DNA of 28,912 bases. It comes from a virus. Lineage: Duplodnaviria; Caudoviricetes. Shown here piece after piece: positions 9,247 to 17,059 of the stretch. The notes beneath the pieces are model-generated. The model was not told the DNA's origin. It searched no databases and worked only from the letters and a program-made list of their open reading frames with translations. The stretch covers positions 1 through 28,912 of the IMG/VR virus record IMGVR_UViG_3300017909_001121. One strand, 5' to 3'. Each line of letters starts with the position of its first letter. Position 1 is the first letter of the stretch. Made by a program: the position numbers and the translations under genes.

Positions 9247-10265
9247 ACTGTATTTAGCCAGTAATCATGTAGCCTAATACTAGCAAGGTTCTTTGCTTTA
9301 GACTCTACCATAATATCTGCATAATCCCAGAATTGTAATGCCCAGTCATTTACTGCATTATTCCACATAAAATCACTGTGGGCACGTAGTTTTGCTTTCT
9401 TGTAACCTTCTAATAGCAACATATCCATAGTAGGTTTTTTGTTAGCATCAAAGTCTACAAGAATATCTTCACGTGATACAGAATAATGTATTACAGGTCG
9501 TACACCACGCCACGAATCAATTATGCGAGAAAATCTATCGTCGGTTGGCTGAATATATTCACCTGTTTTGACCCAGTGATGGTGTATGTCAAGAACGAGT
9601 GCGAGTTTATGTGCAAGTTCAATACTTGCTTCGATGCCCCACGACATTTCGTCGTTTTCGATCGTAATAGTGTTTCTCGCCTCCTGAGATAGTCTTGGGT
9701 ATGCGTCGAGGATACCGGCTGGACCTTTACGGCCTGCGATGTGTACATTGATTTTAAAGTCCTGGAATTGTCTACCGTATCCCATCCACCTTGCAACGTC
9801 AACATGATATTCAAACTCCTCTATACTTCTATTTACAATATCGGGGTTGTCAGATGCAAGAACAGTAAACTGACCAGGATGCATAGACAACCGTACATCC
9901 AACTCCCTTGCACGTTCTCCGACCCTAGCGAAATTCTTTTCGCAATATGCTCTGACGTCATCTTTACGCCAAAAATAACTCCAAGTAGGCTCAGTATATA
10001 CAGGCAGAACATCACTGCCAAGCCTAACCATTCGTAACTCATTGTCTAATCCTCCTACGTACTCTATAAGGTTACCAAACGCCTTGATGTTGTGTACCAT
10101 TAGATCCCATAGGCGTTGTTCAGCAACTTCACGTGTTTGTCTATTTAACCAAGCAACAGTTGTGCAACGATTGTTCAATGGACGTTCAATCTCTTCAAGA
10201 AGTTTTTTCTTAAGAGTTTGATCTGAATGCATAAATTTACAAGCGAAACCTATACGTTTTTTCAT
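9180..10265 (-). CDS. uvsE: UV damage repair endonuclease (UVDE)
   Basis: RIGFAC, RLSMHPGQFTVL, IEND, LVLDIHHHW, HYS, RAHSD and DIMVESKAKN motifs. Confidence 0.93.
   Translation of the reverse strand: MKKRIGFACKFMHSDQTLKKKLLEEIERPLNNRCTTVAWLNRQTREVAEQRLWDLMVHNIKAFGNLIEYVGGLDNELRMVRLGSDVLPVYTEPTWSYFWRKDDVRAYCEKNFARVGERARELDVRLSMHPGQFTVLASDNPDIVNRSIEEFEYHVDVARWMGYGRQFQDFKINVHIAGRKGPAGILDAYPRLSQEARNTITIENDEMSWGIEASIELAHKLALVLDIHHHWVKTGEYIQPTDDRFSRIIDSWRGVRPVIHYSVSREDILVDFDANKKPTMDMLLLEGYKKAKLRAHSDFMWNNAVNDWALQFWDYADIMVESKAKNLASIRLHDYWLNTVCDLQNSNDVKEQKPMSVLVTE
9251..9256 (-). promoter_or_regulatory. Late promoter core TAAATA, 4 nt before the sodC ATG (inside the uvsE 3' end)
   Basis: Minus strand reads CTAAATA-CAGT-ATG, with no SD. 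Confidence 0.6.
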
Positions 10266-10927
10266 TTTGCGTTCTTCAAATCCTCGTGTATTTTGTCTGC
10301 TCTATTTTTTACTAGATCAACATACTCAGGGTTAGTACTCCATTTGCTTAATTGATCAATAAGTTTATGAATGTTTACCTTGCCTGATTTAACCTGTTGT
10401 TCACGTTCTATTCTAAATCCTTCATATGCACTATGCCTATTCACAATGTCAACCATGTCTTTAACACTTGCACATTTTGTTTTGTATTTCTTTACACCCC
10501 ATTCAGCACCTGGATTTTCTTTAGGTTTTAGTTGTGGTGTAGTAGGTGACCATGTTCTAATACCAAACAAGTTATTTGCCTCATGAGCAAACCTACTGTT
10601 ACCATAACCTGTTTCTAATACTGCCATTGCTATAATAATATCTCTTGGTACTCTTTTTTCTACTTCAATGCCTAGGTTGATGAAATCTACACATCTAGCA
10701 ACTGCTTCTATAAATTGTTTGCTATTTGAATATTCCATCGCAGGTTCTTTGAAGCCAAACTTGTTCCATTCAGCAATCATCTTGTTTTCGTTGTCCTTGT
10801 TCATTCTATCTATAACAAATTTGTTAGGATAAAACGTTGCAGTACCATATGCAATCGCAACAGATAAAGTATATATTGCAATTAGTAGGACAATTTTTTT
10901 TACTTTTGTTGTGAAGATCTTTTTCAT
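10262..10927 (-). CDS. GH73 glucosaminidase (Bax/FlgJ-like) with N-terminal membrane anchor
   Basis: AMAVLETGYGNSRFA.EANNLFGIR catalytic segment, WSTNPEY (YATDPxY-like), and a basic then hydrophobic N-terminus. Confidence 0.85.
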   Translation of the reverse strand: MKKIFTTKVKKIVLLIAIYTLSVAIAYGTATFYPNKFVIDRMNKDNENKMIAEWNKFGFKEPAMEYSNSKQFIEAVARCVDFINLGIEVEKRVPRDIIIAMAVLETGYGNSRFAHEANNLFGIRTWSPTTPQLKPKENPGAEWGVKKYKTKCASVKDMVDIVNRHSAYEGFRIEREQQVKSGKVNIHKLIDQLSKWSTNPEYVDLVKNRADKIHEDLKNAK

Positions 10928-10959
10928 ATATAATTTAAGTTAGTGTTAATCATATTAAT

Positions 10960-10988
10960 AATATAACAGAACCAAAACAAAAAGTCAA
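10960..10988 (-). promoter_or_regulatory. Sigma70-type (early) promoter
   Basis: TTGACT-17 nt-TATATT with an extended -10 TG, in an intergenic gap. Confidence 0.75.
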
Positions 10989-10992
10989 GTTT

Positions 10993-11694
10993 TTATTTCC
11001 AATTTTGCTTACACCATGGATCAATACAATCTTTTGGATTTGGATCTCCATGGAATACTGCTATACTAGTTTCGGGTAATATTTTGGGTTCGCCTGGCGT
11101 AACAAAATTCCGTTTTCCTGTGATCCTTGTCATTTCGGGTTTACCACGCATCTCCCATTTATAACTTTGGATCCATTCGTCTGGCCAAAAGTTAAAATCT
11201 GTTTTTACATTTTCAAATAACCAATCTTGATCTCCATGATATCTACTAGAATGATATTTTGGATTTTCCATAAATTTATTATAAACTTGACTGTGTTGTC
11301 CAGTGTTCCATCTTACAACACTACTGTTCATTCTTGCCCATTGACTTTGCCATAATCTATTAAAGTCTCTAATTACACAAAATTCATTAGGTTTATATTC
11401 GAACAGTTTATCTATGTTTTCAAATATAATTACATCTAGGTCAATGTATAAAATTGTACCACGTACTTCAAGGTTTGGATTGAACAGTAAAGGTTTGTAC
11501 CACCATCCATTTATCTCAGGGTGTTTAGGTAATTGACAGATTTGTATTCCTTGTTTGATTCCACTTGCATTTTCTGTAAAGCAAACGAAGTTGAAAGGAA
11601 TAGTAAGATGTCTACTGACCATGTCGTGTAGAACATTGACATATTCTGCACTATATTTGTTACCATGTTTTAAACAAATAACATGATTGCTCAT
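10993..11694 (-). CDS. GT-A fold glycosyltransferase (GT8-like)
   Basis: YIDLDVII DxD motif, NSSVV, GDQDW and AVFHGDPNP. Confidence 0.8.
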   Translation of the reverse strand: MSNHVICLKHGNKYSAEYVNVLHDMVSRHLTIPFNFVCFTENASGIKQGIQICQLPKHPEINGWWYKPLLFNPNLEVRGTILYIDLDVIIFENIDKLFEYKPNEFCVIRDFNRLWQSQWARMNSSVVRWNTGQHSQVYNKFMENPKYHSSRYHGDQDWLFENVKTDFNFWPDEWIQSYKWEMRGKPEMTRITGKRNFVTPGEPKILPETSIAVFHGDPNPKDCIDPWCKQNWK

Positions 11695-11703
11695 GGCAAC
11701 CTC

Positions 11704-12255
11704 CTACATTGATGAATTAGTTGGACCGTACGTTTTAGTAGTCATTGCTTTCATAGGATTTGCACCGAGACTTAATGTAACCCTTGGACCTAAAATTAAA
11801 GGTTTGTGATTAGTTAGTCTTGGTAAAAGTAATGCATCTCCTGTTTTACAATGATAAATCTTTTTGCTCATTGTATCAGCATCTGTAACAAGGTAAGCAG
11901 TTTCACCATAGCCTTGTATTAGCAATACAGTTTCATAATCGTTGTGTAGGTATAAACTATGATGTCCATCACTCATTGAAAAGAACAAACTTGCATTAAA
12001 GTGAGTTTCAGTTTCATGTCTATCATAGTGCTTTTGAAAATCTAACAAATATTTTTGTAGGCGTTTGTCTGATCCTACATCTGCTAGGTGTGTACTGCCT
12101 TTTGTAAATTCATCTATGTTTGATACAGCAGACTTATATTGATTAACTTCAACTAGAGTAGTAAAGTTAATATCATCTTTTGCTTCTGGAAAAGCATTTT
12201 CATAATGTGTTACTTTGAGATTTTTACGATCTTCATTTATTTGTTCCCAAATCAT
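11704..12255 (-). CDS. Cupin/JmjC-like Fe(II) oxygenase
   Basis: LHND...LLIQGYG...GDALLLPRLTNHKP...RVTLSLG gives an HxD...H triad in a double-stranded beta-helix. Confidence 0.7.
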   Translation of the reverse strand: MIWEQINEDRKNLKVTHYENAFPEAKDDINFTTLVEVNQYKSAVSNIDEFTKGSTHLADVGSDKRLQKYLLDFQKHYDRHETETHFNASLFFSMSDGHHSLYLHNDYETVLLIQGYGETAYLVTDADTMSKKIYHCKTGDALLLPRLTNHKPLILGPRVTLSLGANPMKAMTTKTYGPTNSSM

Positions 12256-12259
12256 TCAT

Positions 12260-12709
12260 TTACCTTTCGTATATTGCCGAGTTGGCTCCATGCTCTGCAC
12301 ACTCAACTCTTACAACATAACATCTATTGTTTGTTGCTTCTCTAATAAGTTTGTCTGCAAAATCAAAGGCGTGTTCGGCAAACTTCTCTGCACCTACGCC
12401 ATCCATAATAACAATACTTGCAAGATCCATTTCCTCAAGTTCTTTAAACTTTTCAATGTGAGGATCTTTTGAATCTAATACAAGTTTGTGATCAAAATTA
12501 TCTTCTAACCATTTTTTCAAAGGCTTTAGTCCACCAAAGTCTACTGCCCAATTTTTATTGTCTAATTCATCACAACCAAAAGTAAACGTAAATGCTAATG
12601 AATATCCATGAAGCAGATGACAATGTGAATGATCTGCATTTGGTTGTCTAAATACCGCACTCAACCCAATGTTGTGTCCGTAATGTTTTGTACTATAATG
12701 TTTTGCCAT
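12260..12709 (-). CDS. queD: 6-carboxy-5,6,7,8-tetrahydropterin synthase (QueD/PTPS family)
   Basis: HSHCHLLHGYS Zn/active-site motif, VDFGGLK, FDHKL, GAEKFA and C-terminal EHGANSAIY. SD AGGAG. Confidence 0.92.
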   Translation of the reverse strand: MAKHYSTKHYGHNIGLSAVFRQPNADHSHCHLLHGYSLAFTFTFGCDELDNKNWAVDFGGLKPLKKWLEDNFDHKLVLDSKDPHIEKFKELEEMDLASIVIMDGVGAEKFAEHAFDFADKLIREATNNRCYVVRVECAEHGANSAIYER

Positions 12710-12770
12710 AATTTTCTCCTATCAAAACAGCGGCAGAATTAGAAGGGTTGACGCTAAGACCTAAAAACAT
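12710..12770 (-). ncRNA. Candidate structured cis-regulatory 5' leader of queD (hairpin/pseudoknot)
   Basis: Locally GC-rich leader. Stem UAGCGUCA/UGCCGCUG, with loop CUUCUA complementary to the SD UAGGAG. Folded by eye only. Confidence 0.45.
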
Positions 12771-12776
12771 AAACTA

Positions 12777-12805
12777 ATTATACGATACTTATTCCTGTTT
12801 GTCAA
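12777..12805 (-). promoter_or_regulatory. Perfect-consensus sigma70 promoter for queD
   Basis: TTGACA (12800-12805), 17 nt spacer, TATAAT (12777-12782). Confidence 0.88.
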
Positions 12806-13409
12806 GTGTTTTATGAAAAGTATTGAAACTAATTGTAATGCGTTTTGCCGTTTTATTAGGCAAACTATAATGATACAACCAACTTGGAAACAATATTAAC
12901 ATTCCATCTCTAGGATCAAACTCCATTGTATCACTTGTAAAGTGTGTAGCAACATTGTGTATTTCAGACATACGTGGCCCTTTAATAGGACTATCAAAAA
13001 CCAAAGGCGCACTACCTGGTTCAACTATTGGATAAAATGCTCCACTTACAATAGACAGTTCGTGCCTATGACTAGCAACATAACCATTTTCACTTTGACT
13101 ATTAATCCAACTCTTGCCAATTTCTACAGGAGCCAATCCTGATTCTATACAATATTCGTCAACACGTTCTTTGATCATATTTTTTAAACCTTTAAATTCA
13201 TTTAGGTCTAGTAAGTTCATTACCTGCTGACTTGAAGTTTTACCAATACCAATATCTTGTGGCCAAGTGTCCATGTCACAGTCACTCATAAATGCTTCTA
13301 TATTGTTAAGTGTTTCGATGCTTAACTGTAACTGATGTACTTGAATGTAGGTAGGAAAAATATTATAATCTGCTTTTCTAAAAGGTCCGTCTATTATAGT
13401 CGCTTTCAT
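12789..13409 (-). CDS. Putative 2OG-Fe(II) oxygenase (TIGR02466-like)
   Basis: SWIN...HRHE...SGAFY...FPSWLYH...RITISFN. Confidence 0.85.
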   Translation of the reverse strand: MKATIIDGPFRKADYNIFPTYIQVHQLQLSIETLNNIEAFMSDCDMDTWPQDIGIGKTSSQQVMNLLDLNEFKGLKNMIKERVDEYCIESGLAPVEIGKSWINSQSENGYVASHRHELSIVSGAFYPIVEPGSAPLVFDSPIKGPRMSEIHNVATHFTSDTMEFDPRDGMLILFPSWLYHYSLPNKTAKRITISFNTFHKTLDKQE

Positions 13410-14059
13410 TTGGCATCATCACTTTCGTGTTTTTGCATACGATAGTCACGCAACGTAAGATAGTATTCTCTATCTGCGTGTCTAATAGTATTGAAACTGA
13501 TTGTGAATCTTTTCTTTGTAGGATTATTAGGTACACTATGTTTCATCCAACTAGGAAATATTACAAGTAATCCGCTTTTAGGAAAACATTCTAATTGATA
13601 CCTGTTATAGTTTGACAAGTTTATTGTATTCATATTCATAAAGTTCTGTGAATATGGATTATCAAATAGTAATGGAGAACTGCCATCATCTACATAAGGA
13701 TAGTATGCTCCACTGATTACACTTCTTTCATGTCTATGGGCGTCAACTACTCCATTCTCATAAAGTGTGTTAAACCAACTAGTGCTGATAAGTGTATAAT
13801 CAATTCCCATTTCCTGTGTATAGATATCACAACACTCTTGGATAGTTTTCCATAGATCTATTAAACGTTTATCGTTTAAGAACTGCTCGTCACCTGTGAT
13901 ATAACTGCTAGACCCTTCATGAACCAAACGATGATTGCCAGTCTTTTCCCAAGTTTCAATCATTTCTAAAACTGTTTTTTCACAAGGATGATCTTTTAAT
14001 TCAAACGTACTGATAAGACTTGGAAATGCTTGATGATGTACGTAATCAATTCCCGACAT
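13406..14059 (-). CDS. Putative 2OG-Fe(II) oxygenase (TIGR02466-like), tandem paralogue
   Basis: SWFN...HRHE...SGAYY...FPSWMKH...RFTISFN. Confidence 0.85.
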   Translation of the reverse strand: MSGIDYVHHQAFPSLISTFELKDHPCEKTVLEMIETWEKTGNHRLVHEGSSSYITGDEQFLNDKRLIDLWKTIQECCDIYTQEMGIDYTLISTSWFNTLYENGVVDAHRHERSVISGAYYPYVDDGSSPLLFDNPYSQNFMNMNTINLSNYNRYQLECFPKSGLLVIFPSWMKHSVPNNPTKKRFTISFNTIRHADREYYLTLRDYRMQKHESDDAK

Positions 14060-14627
14060 TAAAATCTCCTACTGCATAATTTGTTAAGTTATTGTACTTA
14101 TCGGGCCAAATATTTTTATTGTAATTCCTGAATTCTATATTTGGAAAATGCTCAAATACTTTACCTGCTTGATATATCCAATAACTAGGATCAATACTGT
14201 GATGTGTATCAGCATCGTAATTTTTGGTATTTTTATAGATATTGTTTACAAACTTATCATCACTGTATAGATCAAATCCAATAATATCTACCACAGGTTC
14301 TTTGTTAAAAACTTGTGATAAATTTGCACCTAGTAATAGAGCATGAGCACCACTGCCCCAATGCCACGGATCGTCTGGTCTAGCATCACCTTTGTATGGT
14401 AATTTAGGAACAACGCCACAGGGTTTGAACTCATCACGCCAATCAGGTCTAGTGTATATCGAACCATAGTTGCGTGTTTGTTGTGCTTCAATGACCATAC
14501 GGCGGTCACAACAGACCAAATGATTCACATAAAAGTCCCTGAAAATTGCATTACAGCCAACCTTTATCTTATCGTATTTGCTGATATCTATGTGTTTTCT
14601 ACTTTCACCGTTGCCAATTACAAGCAT
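14046..14627 (-). CDS. Rossmann-like protein (VIGNGESR/GCNA; MAF_flag10/MptE- or glycosyltransferase-like)
   Basis: MLVIGNGESR, GCNAIFRD and IIGFDLY motifs. Start placed at the ATG at 14627, 5 nt after TAAATA. Confidence 0.6.
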   Translation of the reverse strand: MLVIGNGESRKHIDISKYDKIKVGCNAIFRDFYVNHLVCCDRRMVIEAQQTRNYGSIYTRPDWRDEFKPCGVVPKLPYKGDARPDDPWHWGSGAHALLLGANLSQVFNKEPVVDIIGFDLYSDDKFVNNIYKNTKNYDADTHHSIDPSYWIYQAGKVFEHFPNIEFRNYNKNIWPDKYNNLTNYAVGDFNVGN

Positions 14628-14632
14628 AGCAA

Positions 14633-14645
14633 TATTTAATAAATA
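14633..14645. promoter_or_regulatory. Back-to-back divergent late promoter cores (TATTTA-A-TAAATA)
   Basis: Minus-strand TAAATA at 14633-14638 precedes the ATG at 14627. Plus-strand TAAATA at 14640-14645 precedes an AAGGA SD and the ATG at 14672. Confidence 0.65.
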
Positions 14646-14671
14646 GTATTGTAGCAAGGAACAATTACGAA

Positions 14672-17059
14672 ATGACAGCATTTTTTGACTTTTTTAGAAA
14701 AATTAAACTATTCAGTCCTAACGGTACACTACTTAATACGGTAGAGGCTGATAGTGTAACAGATACAGTAGACTTTATAGAAAGCGAAGGTCTTCGCTTT
14801 AACAACATCAATGACTCAACAGTTGATGGATTTGTTTTTGATGTTAATTATACACTAGATGTTCCTACTGCTTCTACTACCTTACGTTTAACTAATGTAA
14901 GAAGTAATACACATGATATTGAATTAGCGGCTGGGTCTAATATCCAGATCACAAGAAACAATGCAAACAGATTAACATTTACTGCACTAGTTGGTGGTGT
15001 AAGCAAAAGCATCAGTAATATAACAACTACTAATCCTGTTAGAATTACAACTTCAAATGCACATGAATTTGCAGAAGGCACACCAGTTACTATTGTTGAT
15101 GTTGTAGGCACTACACAACTTAATGGAAATGAATACTTCATGGACATTATTGATAGTACTACATTTGATATCTATACAGATGAAACTTTAACAACAGGAG
15201 TTGACGGTACAGGATTTACTGCATACACTTCAGGCGGTGTTGCTACTGCTGACTACGGCGGTGCTAAACAGACTTTTAAAACTATTGCGGTTGCAGGACA
15301 AAATCCTATTGTTGCAGATAACATTCAAGATACTCTTACAGTGGTAGGCGGTAATGGTATAGATGTAACAACTAACGATGCTACAGATACTTTAAGTTTT
15401 GCTATTGCAAGTAATGTGGCCACACTAGCAGATACACAAACTTTACAAAACAAAACTTTAGATACTGCACAAGGAAATACGTTTTCAAATATCCCTAACA
15501 GCAGTTTAACAAACAGTGGTATTACTTTTGCAAGAGTAGGTGGAAATTCAACCGTTGCTAGTCTAGGTGATACAGTTTCATTCCAAGGTTCTGCAGGTGA
15601 AGTAACTGTTGCAGAAAGTTCAGGAACATTTACGATTGGCTTGCCAAGTACAGTAGCAATCACAACAGCACTTACAGTAAACGGTGATACAGCAACTACA
15701 AATACTGCAACACAAACACTTACAAACAAAACATTAACAAGTCCAGTTCTTGATACTGGCATAAGCGGTACAGCATTCAAAGACGAAGATGACATGACCA
15801 GTGATAGTGATACTGCTGTGGCATCACAACAATCTATCAAGGCATACGCAGATACTAAACTTGCGTTGACAGGTGGAACTCTCAATGGTAATTTAACAAT
15901 CGAATCAGATGGGGGTCAATATGGTCAATTAAACCCAGAACTAGTACTTTACGAAAACAGAACTAGTCCATCAATAAATGATGAAATAGGTCATATAATT
16001 TTTAGAGGACGTAACAACAATTCTCAAGATGTAAACTATGCACAGATTGAAACTAGATGCCCAAGCATAACCGATGGTGCAGAAGATGGTCAACTTAGAA
16101 TCTCGGTCATGAATAATGGTAATACCACAGCATATTCAGATTACAGATTAACCTTTCGAGGAAGCGGTTATACATATTTTAGTAATCAAGATGTTATGAT
16201 GTACACAGGCGTAGATTTAAAATTTATGGGTGCAACTTATGATCTTACTAACCAAACTACACTAACAGTGACAGATCCAACTGCCGCTAGAACAATTACT
16301 TTGCCGGATGCAAGTGGTACAGTGGCTATAAGTGCAACATCACCAATAACACTTTCCGCGGCAGGTGACATAGGTCTAGGTACTGTTCCTATAGCAAACG
16401 GTGGAACGAATTCAACAACGGCCGCAGATGCCAGAACAGCACTAGGACTTGCTATTGGCACAGACGTACAGGCCTATGACGCAGAGTTGGCCGCACTAGC
16501 AGGATTAACTTCTGCGGCAGACAAAGGAATATACTTTTCAGGATCAGGCACAGCGGCAACATTTGATTTAGGTTCTGTATCAAGAACATTCTTAGCCGCA
16601 ACTGTGATAGGTAATAGTGCTGGTTCACAACGTAAACTGCTAGGTGTTGACAACGATGATGATGTACAATTTGACAGTTTAGGTGTTGGTATTGTTCCAT
16701 CAGGTACCACAGGAGAAATAAGAGCAACAGATAACATCACTGCATATTTTAGTTCAGACGTAGCACTAAAAGAAAACATCAGCACTATTGATAATGCTCT
16801 AGAAAAATTAAAACAATTAAATGGTGTTATGTTTGACTGGTCCCAAGAGTACATGGACAAACGTGGTGGTGAAGATGGATACTTTGTTAAGAAAAGAGAC
16901 ACAGGTATTGTTGCACAAGACGTAGAAAAAGTTTTACCGGAAATTGTAAGAACCAAGCAAGATGGATTCAAAGGCGTACAATACGATAAACTTGCTGGAT
17001 TAATTATTGAGGCCATTAAAGAATTAAGTGATAAAATAGATACACTAAGGAGTAAGTAA
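14672..17059 (+). CDS. Tail fibre protein with C-terminal peptidase S74 intramolecular chaperone
   Basis: Thr/Gly-rich, with TQTL(T/Q)NKTL repeats and a GGTNSTTAADARTALGL motif. C-terminal ITAYFSSDVALKENI...GIVAQDVEKVLPE...LIIEAIKEL. Confidence 0.88.
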   Translation: MTAFFDFFRKIKLFSPNGTLLNTVEADSVTDTVDFIESEGLRFNNINDSTVDGFVFDVNYTLDVPTASTTLRLTNVRSNTHDIELAAGSNIQITRNNANRLTFTALVGGVSKSISNITTTNPVRITTSNAHEFAEGTPVTIVDVVGTTQLNGNEYFMDIIDSTTFDIYTDETLTTGVDGTGFTAYTSGGVATADYGGAKQTFKTIAVAGQNPIVADNIQDTLTVVGGNGIDVTTNDATDTLSFAIASNVATLADTQTLQNKTLDTAQGNTFSNIPNSSLTNSGITFARVGGNSTVASLGDTVSFQGSAGEVTVAESSGTFTIGLPSTVAITTALTVNGDTATTNTATQTLTNKTLTSPVLDTGISGTAFKDEDDMTSDSDTAVASQQSIKAYADTKLALTGGTLNGNLTIESDGGQYGQLNPELVLYENRTSPSINDEIGHIIFRGRNNNSQDVNYAQIETRCPSITDGAEDGQLRISVMNNGNTTAYSDYRLTFRGSGYTYFSNQDVMMYTGVDLKFMGATYDLTNQTTLTVTDPTAARTITLPDASGTVAISATSPITLSAAGDIGLGTVPIANGGTNSTTAADARTALGLAIGTDVQAYDAELAALAGLTSAADKGIYFSGSGTAATFDLGSVSRTFLAATVIGNSAGSQRKLLGVDNDDDVQFDSLGVGIVPSGTTGEIRATDNITAYFSSDVALKENISTIDNALEKLKQLNGVMFDWSQEYMDKRGGEDGYFVKKRDTGIVAQDVEKVLPEIVRTKQDGFKGVQYDKLAGLIIEAIKELSDKIDTLRSK

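Noticed and set aside
12710-12770. Calling the queD leader a known preQ1-I or THF-II riboswitch
   Set aside because: The consensus nucleotides of those classes are not recognisable, so it is kept only as an unclassified candidate.
14628-14681. ORF-track N-terminal extension of the 14046 gene (likewise the 8161, 8203, 22723 and 25342 starts)
   Set aside because: Downstream starts fit the promoter, SD or coupling signals better.
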